From the NCBI GenBank assembly GCA_950097015.1, contig CATNEN010000010.1, positions 2,170,001 through 2,234,000 on the forward strand: a stretch of DNA of 64,000 nt, given 5' to 3'. This DNA is from Macrostomum hystrix (lineage: Eukaryota; Animalia; Platyhelminthes). The notes beneath the pieces were generated by a model. It worked only from the letters and a program-made list of their open reading frames with translations, ran no database searches and had not been told where the DNA came from. Position numbers and translations under genes: made by a program. This document shows positions 13,200 to 25,199 of this stretch, one piece after another (positions within the stretch are counted from its first letter, which is position 1; each line of letters opens with the position of its first letter).

Positions 13200-15771
13200 A
13201 TGTCTGAACAGGACGAGTCAGCGGATGTTGGCCAACAGCTGGAACAAGAGGCGCAGGAGCCGGTCGAGGAGCCCGCAGAAGCCGATGCAAAGCTGGAGGC
13301 TGAACAGGCACAGCAGCAGGATGATGAGGCAGAGAAGGCACAAGCGGCTGAAGAGGCTGACCCGGATGTCGACACCCACGAGCCAGATCCTCGCAAAGTT
13401 GGCAGCGCACCAGCAAAGCAAGGCGGAGACGAGGCCGGCTTGGTGGATGAGGAAGGAGGATTGGAAACTGAGCAGAAAGCTGACGCCGATGTTCAGGAAG
13501 ATTCAACAGAGCAACAAGAAACTGCTGGAGAGGAGCGCGAGGAGGAAGCTGCCGCCGGCACAGGCAGGCAGGACGATGAGGCCGAAGCAGAGGCCCCAAC
13601 CGGCATGCAGGAAGTCGGCGAAGATGAGGCGCCGGAGTCCGAGGAGAAGGAGAACCAGACACAGGATGCCGGCGAGCCAGGACCGGAGCCGGTGGCACCG
13701 GCGCCAACGCAGGCGAACCTGCAGCAGCTGGCGACTCTCCGACTCGTACTCACCGCCTCTGACCAAGTGCTGACGGTGGCCATGCCCCTACTCAGTACGA
13801 TCGGTCAGGTGAAGGCTCACGTGTCCGCTGAGACACGCCGCGATCCTGCGGAGCTCCAGGTGCTGTTCAACGGAAAACCTGTTGCCGACCACTTCGCGGT
13901 GGCCGACTTTGGCGTCGACGCAAACGAGACGATCGCATTCGAGGTCGAGTGCGGCAGCCCAGACGGTAGACCGCTCAGACTGCCCGCCTCCGCCGAGGCC
14001 AGGCGCGGTGCGGGCGCCGGTGGTGGTGACGTCATCACGGTTCGCGTGCCCGGTATCGATGGTTCGACAAAGGAGGTGAACGTGGAAATTGACCGGCAGC
14101 TCAGGCGGAAGCCGTTCCTCGGTGGCTACCGGCACAAGCGGTCTGGCGTCGAGTATCATCACGCGCAGACACAGACGAGCCCGAAACCAAAGCCGCCGAG
14201 CCTCGTGCCCGTGTTCAGCCGCGACACACAGACTGTGGAGTCCAAGCACCAGACGCAGCAGACTAGCAACTCAACAAGCACGCAGATGACCAAGCCAGGC
14301 CTCTATGTGAGCTCCACCGAGGACAAGCTGGTCGTACCAGGACGCTACGAGAACGCGGATGAGTATCAAAAGCGCATGCTCAGCAAGATTGTCACAGTGC
14401 AGACCTACTACAGGCGCTGGCTGGCCAAGCAGTACGTCAGCCGGCTGAAGAAGGAGCGGGACACGCGGCTGGAGTGGGAGCGTCAGGAGGAGGTTCGCAA
14501 GCGCAAAGAGAAGGAGGATCGCACCAGACAGGAGTTCGAGCGGCGCATGAACCCCAAGACCAAGGAGGACTTCGAGCTGCTGTACAGGTAAGCAGAGCAC
14601 GAAAGTAGGCATTGCAAAGAATGTTTGTGAAGTGGTAGGTCTAGCCACAATAGAGCCGTTCATGTCCCGCCCCCGCAGCACCCTGGAGCAGTGGCGCCGC
14701 GAAGAGCTGGATCGAATCAATGCTACGCTGACGGGCGCCGAGCGGAAAGCGGCCATGTGTCAGCTGCTGGACCAGGAGACTGAGCTGATCGCAGCCGTGG
14801 ACCGGCACCAGCTGGACTCCAGCAAGGAGAACAAGGAAAAGGCAGTCCAGAGTCTTTTGAAGAAGGCGGCCGCGCCAAAGAAGTGGCGCAACGGCGAGGG
14901 CAAACTCCTCGAGATGGACACACCGTTTACTCTGCGCGGCCGCGAGTTGTTGGGCATCTACAACAGTCTGCAAATGAAGTACCTCACTCAGGACGAACGG
15001 CTGGATGTGCTGCTGACGCTGAAGCACACGGTGAAGGAACACGAGTGCAAACTGACCCGGGACCTCATCGAGCTCATCGATCGTGAGGCCGACCTGCTGA
15101 TCCGCGGTGTGGCCGAGGACAAGCTGACCGGACTGCGCAAGCGAATCAGCACGCTGTTCCTGCAGTACTGCAAGACGCCGACCTTCAACCCGGAGATCGC
15201 GGACCTTCTGGCTGTGCCGCAGGACCCGGCCCAGCTGCGTCACAACGTGCACTACTGCTCATCCTGCGGACGCTACCTGAAGAGCACAGAGTTCCCACTT
15301 GGTGTGAAGTCCGACAAGATCGGCAAATGCCGCCGCTGCCTCGGCAAGGACAACGTGGCCCGCGCCCGCGAGGACCAGTCCGCCTTCAAGCGCATGCTGT
15401 GGCTGCTGCGTAAGAAGGAGAGCGGCCAGGCGCTGCTCATCGAGGAGTCCGACCTGAAGCACCTGGTGAACAACATCTGGGAGGGCCAGTCCATCCTCAG
15501 CTGCTGGGACGATATCGCCGACCTCGAGCTAGTCCGCTGGGACGTCAACAAGCCGTGGAGCCCAAGCAACTGCGTGCTGCTCACCAAGGACGAGGCGGAC
15601 GCGCACGAAGCTGTCGGAGACTTGTCCAAGGCCTACGGCAACATGCTGATCCACCGGGTCAAGCAGAAGCACGTGCTTGCCAGCAACTACTTCCACTCCA
15701 TCACGGCTGCCGCGGAGAAGATGCAGGCTCGTGAGCTCGAGCTGCGAAACGTGAGGATCACGACCAAGTGA
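13200..15771 (+). CDS. IQUB: IQ motif and ubiquitin-like domain protein IQUB (radial spoke/FAP253 family), 2 exons 13200-14587 + 14679-15771, 826 aa
   Basis: Acidic N-terminus, ubiquitin-like domain, KPFLGGYRHKRSGVEYHHAQTQT, IQ-like VQTYYRRWLAK, MNPKTKEDFELLY, CxxC..CxxC and PWSPSNCVLLTKDEA. The phase-2 GT-AG intron 14588-14678 joins the two ORFs. Confidence 0.93.
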
Positions 15772-16628
15772 GATGAGGACTTTGCCGATTCTCCCAAGCG
15801 TTCATTCCCACTCGAAGGATTTCCATTGCTGAAATCCCTGGCGCTGTCACTCTGGGCAGGTGCTTGTTCGCCACAAAATATCTGAAATCCTATTATGCGA
15901 TTGTTTGGACCGACGGACTGATTTTCTGATTTATCCGCCTCCCTAAATTTTTTATCGCTAACTGCTCACCTACCCGCTTTGTTTAAATCAGAGTCCCTTC
16001 ATGAAGTGATCAGTGAGAATTTTTAGCTTCTAGTTTGTTTTGTTCGAACTCCAGTGTCTGAGCACTTGTGTCTTTTGTTATCGACATTGTTGCGGCAAGG
16101 GCTCTTTTGTTGTTTCTGCCATTGTTCTCGATATCTAATTATTGATTGTAAATCCCCAATCCGATGCTCTATTTTAAACTTAATATTATTGCTATATCAA
16201 GTGCTATCTATTTCTGTCCTGCCTCACTCTTATTGTAATATCGGGCTAATTTATCGCTTTAGATTCGCCTTAATTTGCGCTTTAATGTGAGTGTCAGTTA
16301 AGCGGATAATTTAAATACCTAGATACCTACGCGCTACGCACTACCTAACATAGACATCGCTATGGAAATTTAAATGCTCGCTTTGTAGCAACAATGCGAC
16401 CAACTTGAAATACAACCTATATTTTGTTATTTATGAAGAGTCACAATTTAAATACTTTTCTTTATAATTAACCCTTACTGCGAAATTTTATCTCAGCTAA
16501 AATAGGGCACCAGCTTATGAATGTCCGAGATACAGATAATGCATAGTGTCTACAGGGTATGCATATGCCTACCTGCACTCGATTCACCTGGCTCGCCTCA
16601 TACGTTTCAGCTCAGCCCAGTCTGAAAA

Positions 16629-19600
16629 ATGCCCCGACCCAGGTCCGCCACCGATGAGGGCGAAGAGTCAAACGACGCGCTGCTGCAGGAAGAGTACGAG
16701 CGGCTGCAGAACCAGCACCGCATTCTCGAGAACGATCGCAACAAGTACATCGTTGAGTCGCAGGATACTCTGCGCCGACAAAAGTAAGTATTCTTTTGAG
16801 CAAAGCTTTTCTGACTCATGGAATCACGGCCTGAATCACAAGTTATTTATTCCACAGCCTTTTTACCGATAATAAGAATAAAAATAATTGCAGGAGGGCT
16901 GCGGTCGATGGCACATCATTTGGTGACACTAGACCCGCAGCCAGCGAGAAGGCAATTGTGCCCATTTCGCTGACTCCTGAGCACACGTACACAGATACCG
17001 TATGCAGGCACACGCTCACACAGGTGTGTACATCAGCCCTGAATTTCTCATCGTCAGGCAGTGTGCACTTCATGACAAGCTAACAAGCCTTGTCTCCACG
17101 GCTGCGCCCCAAATAAATGCGTCCTCGCCGCGGAATCGAGCTCAGGGACCTCAGTGGCAATGGGGGAAACGCGTTAACCCCTTTGCAACTCAACCCCCGC
17201 CATTATACCTATATTTCTGATGAAAATATTCCCCGTAAAACTCTTCAGGGATGAAATCGACCACCTAGAGAAGGACAACAATGAGATTCGTACCAATCTG
17301 AACCAGGCGCAGAGCGACCAAAATCAGAAGGCCGACAAGCAGACGCTGAACCGACTGACCGAGCTCACCAAGGAGAAAGACGACCTGGATGAGCAAATCG
17401 ATCTCGAGCGGAGCAAGATCACCGGCCTCGATGCTGACATACGCAAGGCGGAACGCGACAATAAAACAATGAAGAAAAACAGCGGCGGCAATGCCGAGAA
17501 GACTAGCCAGGAGCGGTCAAAGACGCTGCACAAGAGGCGCCAGACTTTGGAGAACCGACTCGAGAAAGATAATAAAAGGTGACTTGATTGTCATTTTAGA
17601 CAGTAGTTTTAATATACGTATTAGTTCGGTTTCTTCTAAAAAACATCTGGCTTTCCCTTAAACTACTCGACAGGTATAATGACACCTTGACTGAGAACTC
17701 GCGCCTGCGCGATGAAATTGAGAAACTGCGTACTGAGAAGTCCATGTACGACGATCTTTACCGGAAGCTGAGCGAGGAGCTGGAGGAGGTGCGCCAGCGA
17801 CGCAGCTATCTCACCGAAGTCGGCCACGAAGGCCTACGAACAGCGCGACGACTGCAACAACAAGATTGTGGCTCTGCGCGAGAAGAACGAGAAGGACGAG
17901 GCGCAGTACCGCAATGAGAAGCGTGACCTGGAGCGCTTCATCGACCACGACAACAAGCTGCGCGAGTTCATGACCCGCAAAGCCAACACCCGCGACGATT
18001 GGAAGCGCGACGCCGAGGAGCGCCGGCTGAAGCACGGCTCGCACGGCGAGAAGGCCAAGGAGGCGCAGCGGCGCATCTACGAGAAGCACGACGAGGCAAT
18101 GCAGCGGATCAAGGAGATCACGAAGCAAACGGATCTTGACATAATCGTGAATGACTTCATCAAGAAAGAGGATGAGAATTTCGCTCTGTTCCAGTACGTG
18201 TCGGAGCAGAACAACATCACCGAGCTGTTGATAGAAGAGATTGAAAAGCTGAAGAAGGATATGGACTTGTGAGTGGGAAGGTTACTTGTGATTCAAAAAG
18301 CTATGTTAAATGTTCATTTGCCGTCTAAAACTACAGTTATCTTTTAAGTTACTGATGCCACATTAAATATTTTCTGATAGTCGAGCGCAAAAAGACTAGA
18401 CTAAGTGAAACCTCTGATAGTCTCTTACAAGGTTGCAGCCTATGGTTAGAGCATCGGACTCACGACTTGAAGGTCGGGGGTTCGATTTCCGACTCCATTG
18501 GAAAAGTTTGCGACCTTTAGCAAGACACTTAAATTCTATATTGCTTCAGTTCACCCAGCTGTCAAATGGGTACCAGCAAAAGAGTATTAGCTGGGGCAAT
18601 GGGCGCCCCAGTCCATGGACAGGGAAGCGGTACGCAGCATTCTCACTGGAGTAAACTCCAGTCTAGGTGAAAATCTCACGCAGCTCAGCTCCAACTGGTC
18701 ACCGGCAGGTTCATCGAGGAGGACAGCGAGCTGGAGAAGGAACGCGAGAAGATTCTGGGCGAGCTCGAGCGCAAGATCGCCGCTGTGAAGGCGGCCCGCG
18801 TGGACTCTTCTGGCAAGCTGGAGGCGGTCAAGAAGACGCTGGAGGAGCTGCAGAAGGCCATCAAGTCGATCTTCGACAAGTGCGGCTGCTCCGACGCGCA
18901 CATCAAGGAAATGCTCGGCGCCGACAATGACATCTCCAGCCGCAACTGCATGCTGTACCTGGGTGAAGTGGAGCAGAAGACTAATGAGTTGCTGGCCGTG
19001 CAGTACTACCTGCAGACTAAGGTGAGTGAGCCTGCTTCAAATTCATCGCCTAGATTTCACTTTTTCGGTCTAAAAAAGCAGACTTAATTCCAATTTAAAA
19101 TCGAACAGAACTGAAGTGCAGCAGTTTAAACTTTTACCAACATTGGTGTCATTAATCCCCTGCATCCCCCTAACTAAAAAACAATTTCAACTGGTACTTC
19201 GAAGTAGTAATGCGCTAATCAGGAGGGTGAGTGGCAGAGCGGTTAACGCGTCTGCCCTCGCACCAAGGTCCCTGAGCTCGATTCCGCGGTGAGGCCACAA
19301 ACCTGCGGCGCTTGGTCGTGCAATTTACGCCCTTGATGGCCAGCCTCCAAGGCACAGTGAAGTGTACACTGTCTGACAATGAGAAAGTCAGTGCAAATGT
19401 ACACAACTGGTGTGAGTATGTGCCTGCGTACGCTATTTGTGTGCGTGTGTGCTCATGAGTCAGGGAATTGGCAGAATTGCCTCCTCGCTGGCTGCGGGTC
19501 TACTGTCTCCAAATGATGTGCCATTGCCTGCTGCCCTTCTGCAAATATTACTATTATTAATAATACGAATTATGCATCAAAATCTTGTCGCTACGAAATC

Positions 19601-22600
19601 GAACAGAGGCGAAGCTAGTAGGGCGATTATAAAATGATTGTTCGAGCAAACTCATTATCAACCAGAGCATTGGCCATAAGTATATTACATTTTATATCCA
19701 CTATGCTAAAAATCTAAATATTGGTTGTGCTTAATCTCGCGAGCGGCTCAAACCGGTTTTCAGAAAAACATGAAGGCTGTCTTATTGTGTTGAACCACTT
19801 TCACTTTGAACCATTTAGAGCTATGAAGAAGCTCAACGACTGGCCAGGAAGAAAAAGAGGGTAGAGCATCACTCTCATTGTCAATCACTGTCACTTTTTC
19901 TGAAACCCTGTCACTGGTTTAATGTTTACTGCAATGAACTTGCCTATTTTCACTGAAAAAATTATCTCGGCAATAATACTCTCGATGATCACGACTATTG
20001 CTTTAAGTGCATTTACTGAATCTTTTAAACTAACAATTCACATACAGAGTTTTTCCCTCGTCTCGTGTAAAACAACTTTCTTATTTCCAACTTTGAATTT
20101 TCGAAGAAATACGAGAAGGAGGACAATGCACCGCCACCACAGCATGGCCTCACCCTGGGTATGGTCAGCCACACCCGGGAGCTGACCGACGTCCAGGTCC
20201 TGCCACCCACCATTGGGTAGGTTGCTGGCTGCTGCACTTGCTGTGATTGCTCTGAAGCTGTGCTGACTCTGGAGCTGTGCTGACTATGGAGCTGTGCTGA
20301 CTATGGAGCTGTGCTGACTCTGAAGCTGTGCTAACTCTGGAGCTGTGCTGACTCTGGAGCTGTGCTGACTATGGAGCTGTGCTGACTCTGCAGCTGACTC
20401 TGGAGCTGTGCTGACTATGGAGCTGTGATTGCTCTGAAGCTGTGCTGGCACTGGAGCTGTGCTGATGACTCCGTAGCTGTGCTGACACTGGAGCTGTGCT
20501 GATGACTCCGGAGCTGTGCTGACACTGGAGCTGTGCTGATGACTCCGGAGCTGTGCTGATGACTCTGGAGCTGTGCTGATGACTCCGGAGCTGTGCTGAT
20601 GACTCCGGAGCTGTGCTGATGACTCTGGAGCTGTGCTGATGACTCCGGAGCTGTGCTGATGACTCCGGAGCTGTGCTGACACTGGAGCTGTGCTGATGAC
20701 TCCGGAGCTGTGCTGATGACTCTGGAGCTGTGCTGATGACTCCGGAGCTGTGCTGATGACTCCGGAGCTGTGCTGATGACTCTGGAGCTGTGCTGATGAC
20801 TCCGGAGCTGTGCTGATGACTCCGGAGCTGTGCTGATGACTCTGGAGCTGTGCTGATGACTCCGGAGCTGTGCTGATGACTCTGGAGCTGTGCTGACTCT
20901 GAAGCTGTGCTTACTCTGGAGCTGTGCTGACTACGGAGCTGTGCTGACTCTGGAGCTGTGCTGATGACTCTGGAGCTGTGCTGATGACTCTGGAGCTGTG
21001 CTGACTCTGGAGCTGTGCTGATGACTCTGGAGCTGTGCTGACTCTGAAGCTGTGCTGATGACTCTGGAGCTGTGCTGACTCTGGAGCTGTGCTGACTCTG
21101 GAGCTGTGCTGACTCTGGAGCTGTGCTGATGACTCCGGAGCTGTGCTGATGACTCTGGAGCTGTGCTGACTCTGAAGCTGTGCTGACTCTGAAGCTGTGC
21201 TTACTCTGGAGCTGTGCTGACTACGGAGCTGTGCTGACTCTGGAGCTGTGCTGATGACTCTGGAGCTGTGCTGACTCTGGAGCTGTGCTGACTATGGAGC
21301 TGTGCTGACTCTGCAGCTGACTCTGGAGCTGTGCTGACTATGGAGCTGTGATTGCTCTGAAGCTGTGCTTACTCTGGAGCTGTGCTGACTCTGGAGCTGT
21401 GCTGATGACTCTGGAGCTGTGCTGATGACTCTGGAGCTGTGCTGACTCTGGAGCTGTGCTGACTACGGAGCTGTGCTGACTCTGGAGCTGTGCTGACTCT
21501 GGAGCTGTGCTGACTACGGAGCTGTGCTGACTCTGGAGCTGTGCTGATGACTCTGGAGCTGTGCTGATGACTCTGGAGCTGTGCTGACTCTGGAGCTGTG
21601 CTGATGACTCTGGAGCTGTGCTGACTCTGGAGCTGTGCTGATGACTCTGGAGCTGTGCTGATGACTCTGGAGCTGTGCTGACTCTGGAGCTGTGCTGATG
21701 ACTCCGGAGCTGTGCTGATGACTCTGGAGCTGTGCTGACTCTGAAGCTGTGCTGATGACTCTGGAGCTGTGCTGACTCTGAAGCTGTGCTTACTCTGGAG
21801 CTGTGCTGACTCTGGAGCTGTGCTGATGACTCTGGAGCTGTGCTGATGACTCTGGAGCTGTGCTGACTCTGGAGCTGTGCTGACTACGGAGCTGTGCTGA
21901 CTCTGGAGCTGTGCTGACTCTGGAGCTGTGCTGACTACGGAGCTGTGCTGACTCTGGAGCTGTGCTGATGACTCTGGAGCTGTGCTGATGACTCTGGAGC
22001 TGTGCTGACTCTGGAGCTGTGCTGATGACTCTGGAGCTGTGCTGACTCTGAAGCTGTGCTGATGACTCTGGAGCTGTGCTGACTCTGAAGCTGTGCTGAC
22101 TCTGGAGCTGTGCTGACTCTGGAGCTGTGCTGATGACTCCGGAGCTGTGCTGATGACTCTGGAGCTGTGCTGACTCTGAAGCTGTGCTGATGACTCTGGA
22201 GCTGTGCTGACTCTGGAGCTGTGCTGATGACTCTGGAGCTGTGCTGATGACTCTGGAGCTGTGCTTACTCTGGAGCTGTGCTGATGACTCTGGAGCTGTG
22301 CTGACTCTGAAGCTGTGCTGACTCTGGAGCTGTGCTGACTCTGGAGCTGTGCTGACTCTGGAGCTGTGCTGATGACTCCGGAGCTGTGCTGATGACTCTG
22401 GAGCTGTGCTGACTCTGAAGCTGTGCTTACTCTGGAGCTGTGCTGACTACGGAGCTGTGCTGACTCTGGAGCTGTGCTGACTCTGGAGCTGTGCTGATGA
22501 CTCTGGAGCTGTGCTGACTCTGGAGCTGTGCTGACTCTGGAGCTGTGCTGACTATGGAGCTGTGATTGCTCTGAAGCTGTGCTGGCACTGGAGCTGTGCT

Positions 22601-24331
22601 GATGACTCCGGAGCTGTGCTGATGACTCTGGAGCTGTGCTGACTCTGAAGCTGTGCTTACTCTGGAGCTGTGCTGACTACGGAGCTGTGCTGACTCTGGA
22701 GCTGTGCTGACTCTGGAGCTGTGCTGACTCTGGAGCTGTGCTGACTCTGAAGCTGTGCTGACTCTGAAGCTGTGCTGACTCTGGAGCTGTGCTGACTCTG
22801 AAGCTGTGCTGACTCTGGAGCTGTGCTGACTCTGGAGCTGTGCTGACTCTGAAGCTGTGCTGATGACTCTGGAGCTGTGCTGACTCTGGAGCTGTGCTGA
22901 TGACTCCGGAGCTGTGCTGATGACTCCGGAGCTGTGCTGACACTGGAGCTGTGCTGATGACTCCGGAGCTGTGCTGATGACTCTGGAGCTGTGCTGATGA
23001 CTCTGGAGCTGTGCTGATGACTCTGGAGCTGTGCTGACTCTGGAGCTGTGCTGACTCTGAAGCTGTGCTGATGACTCTGGAGCTGTGCTGACTCTGGAGC
23101 TGTGCTGACTCTGAAGCTGTGCTGACTCTGAAGCTGTGCTGACTCTGAAGCTGTGCTGACTCTGAAGCTGTGCTGACTCTGAAGCTGTGCTGACTCTGGA
23201 GCTGTGCTGACTCTGGAGCTGTGCTGACTCTGAAGCTGTGCTGATGACTCTGGAGCTGTGCTGACTCTGGAGCTGTGCTGACTCTGAAGCTGTGCTGATG
23301 ACTCTGGAGCTGTGCTGATGACTCTGGAGCTGTGCTGACTCTGGAGCTGTGATTGCTCTGAAGCTGTGCTGACACTGGAGCTGTGCTGATGACTCCGGAG
23401 CTGTGCTGATGACTCTGGAGCTGTGCTGACTCTGAAGCTGTGCTTACTCTGGAGCTGTGCTGACTACGGAGCTGTGCTGACTATGGAGCTGTGCTGATGA
23501 CTCTGGAGCTGTGCTGACTCTGGAGCTGTGCTGATGACTCTGGAGCTGTGCTGACTCTGAAGCTGTGCTTACTCTGGAGCTGTGCTGACTACGGAGCTGT
23601 GCTGACTCTGGAGCTGTGCTGATGACTCTGGAGCTGTGCTGACTCTGGAGCTGTGCTGATGACTCTGGAGCTGTGCTGACTCTGGAGCTGTGCTGACTCT
23701 GGAGCTGTGCTGACTCTGGAGCTGTGCTGACTCTGGAGCTGTGCTGACTCTGGAGCTGTGCTGACTCTGGAGCTGTGCTGACTCTGGAGCTGTGCTGACT
23801 CTGGAGCTGTGCTGACTCTGAAGCTGTGCTGACTCTGGAGCTGTGCTGACTCTGGAGCTGTGCTGACTCTGGAGCTGTGCTGACTCTGGAGCTGTGCTGA
23901 CTCTGGAGCTGTGCTGACTCTGGAGCTGTGCTGACTATGGAGCTGTAACGCTGGCACTCTGGAGCTGTAACGCTGGCACTCTGGAGCTGTAACGCTGGCA
24001 CTCTGGAGCTGTAACGCTGGCACTCTGGAGCTGTAACGCTGGCACTCTGGAGCTGTAACGCTGGCACTCTGGAGCTGTAACGCTGGCACTCTGGAGCTGT
24101 AACGCTGGCACTCTGGAGCTGTAACGGAGGCACTGAATTAATTTAATTTAATTCTCACCTTTCAGAGACGACTTCGAGGACGATGACGATCCCACAGCGG
24201 AGGTGCGGCCGATGTCGCAGAGCGAGCTGAAGCTCAAGGTGGAGAAGCACATCACCCGGAAGGACCTCGGCAAGCCCAAGCGCGAGAAAACTGTCGGACG
24301 AAATCCGTCGAATGTGAAGAAGGCCGCCTAG
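16629..24331 (+). CDS. ODAD1: Outer dynein arm docking complex subunit ODAD1 (CCDC114/CCDC63/ODA-DC2 family), ~569 aa. Exons 16629-16783, 17249-17578, 17674-18268 (one extra base near 17818), 18709-19021, 19819-19860, 20107-20216, 24166-24331
   Basis: MPRPRSA..RLQNQHRILENDR, TLENRLEK, IDHDNKLREFM, FIKKEDENFALFQYVSEQN, NCMLYLGEVEQKTNELL, RPMSQSELK. Splice phases are consistent once a single +1 shift is allowed. The small 19819-19860 exon is less certain, and ODAD1 vs CCDC63 orthology is unresolved. Confidence 0.85.
16870..17200 (-). mobile_element. SINE family A, copy 3 (ODAD1 intron 1)
   Basis: Reverse complement aligns with 19222-19566, including B-box gctcgattcc and an A/T tail at 16870-16888. 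Confidence 0.8.
18431..18640 (+). mobile_element. tRNA-derived SINE family B (CORE-like central domain), copy 1
   Basis: tRNA-like head with B-box ggttcgatttcc (18479-18490), then tgcgacctttagcaagacacttaaa...gcttcagttcacccagctgtcaaatggg; homologous to 24845-25140. Confidence 0.8.
19222..19566 (+). mobile_element. SINE family A, copy 4 (best-preserved head)
   Basis: Pol III A-box-like tggcagagcgg (19232-19242), B-box-like gctcgattcc (19276-19285), ~345 bp body, (ATT/ACT)n tail. Confidence 0.82.
20258..23940. repeat. ~3.7-kb minisatellite of 17-bp (ggagctgtgctgactct) and 20-bp (+gat) units in the last ODAD1 intron
   Basis: Direct reading; it explains the 17-aa periodic STAPESAQLQSQHSSRV pseudo-ORFs. 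Confidence 0.97.
23941..24135. repeat. 22-bp tandem repeat (agctgtaacgctggcactctgg), ~9 copies, derivative of the adjacent array
   Basis: 22-bp period; shares ctctggagctgt with the 17-bp unit and ends ~30 bp before the acceptor at 24165. Confidence 0.93.
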
Positions 24332-24844
24332 GCCGCGATTCCATCGATTTTGAGAGCTTGACTTTTGCGCTGCTTTGAGACGGCACGACCGAGTTGCAGC
24401 TCATTTCTGCAGTTCAGCAGTTGATAAATTTTTCTCCAGCTGCACTTCATTCAATCTTTACTCGATGTTTTGCCTAATTTTTGTGACTTATCGATCTCAA
24501 TATTCTTCCTTGAAAACTTAGCAACAGCATGACAAAATTCTTCCGACAACAATTTTATTGGCGAACCATGGCTTTTTGGCTTCCTTTTTATCTCTTTTGT
24601 CCCACCTTTCGTATTTTTTGCTAAAATCGAACATTACTCTTTCTAGGAATTTGACTAGACATTTTCCTGGCCAGTTTTGTCAAGTGTGGCGCATGGCTTA
24701 AATAAGTTTTAATATTTTTTTAATCTAAATTATTCTCTCGTATTGCTGTTTGGACAGTTGAATTTTTGGACAGCTAGACATGAAATATATAGACATAAGT
24801 AAAACGAGCGCTGCTGACTTTGCCGAGTATTTGCTTTAAATAAC

Positions 24845-25140
24845 GTTGTAGCCAAGTGATTAGAGCGTCGGACTTACGACTTGAAGGTCGGGGGTTCGAT
24901 TCCTGACTCCACTGGAACAATTTGTGACCTTTAGCAAGACACTAACTCTGCATTGCTTCAGTTCACACAGCTGGTAAATGGGCTGGGATAATTGAAGGTG
25001 GGTGTGGCATCCCCCCCAGTCCATTCAGCCACTGATTAGCCGTACGCAGCCTTCAGATGCGCCGCGCAATAGCTGCGGCTGTGCTGTCGGCTGCACATCT
25101 GGCCCAATCGGACAGGTGTAATCAATTATTATTTATTATT
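24845..25140 (+). mobile_element. SINE family B (CORE-like), copy 2, with (ATT)n tail
   Basis: A-box-like tagccaagtga (24849-24859), B-box ggttcgattcc (24893-24903), CORE-like segment 24923-24990, tail attattatttattatt. Confidence 0.82.
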
Positions 25141-25199
25141 GTTACTTTAGCAAAGTAAGTTTTTCTGTCAGGGAAGGAAAAACGGAGGAAATGGGAAGC

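Noticed and set aside
16357-16392. X-box-like atcgctatggaaat and tagcaac upstream of ODAD1 (also gttgtcatagccaa at ~53749)
   Set aside because: Mismatches at conserved terminal positions; expected by chance in AT-rich DNA.
17819-17831. 13-nt GT..AG micro-intron that would fix the ODAD1 frameshift
   Set aside because: Too short for metazoan splicing, and it would delete residues (SATK) that match homolog spacing.
18431-18500. tRNA-Val-like genes at SINE heads (also 24845-24915 and 19222-19295)
   Set aside because: No acceptor stem or T-run terminator; each continues into a shared SINE body.
20284-24133. Ser/Gln/Ala-rich ORFs on the minus strand
   Set aside because: Read-through of a 17/20/22-bp minisatellite, antisense within an ODAD1 intron.
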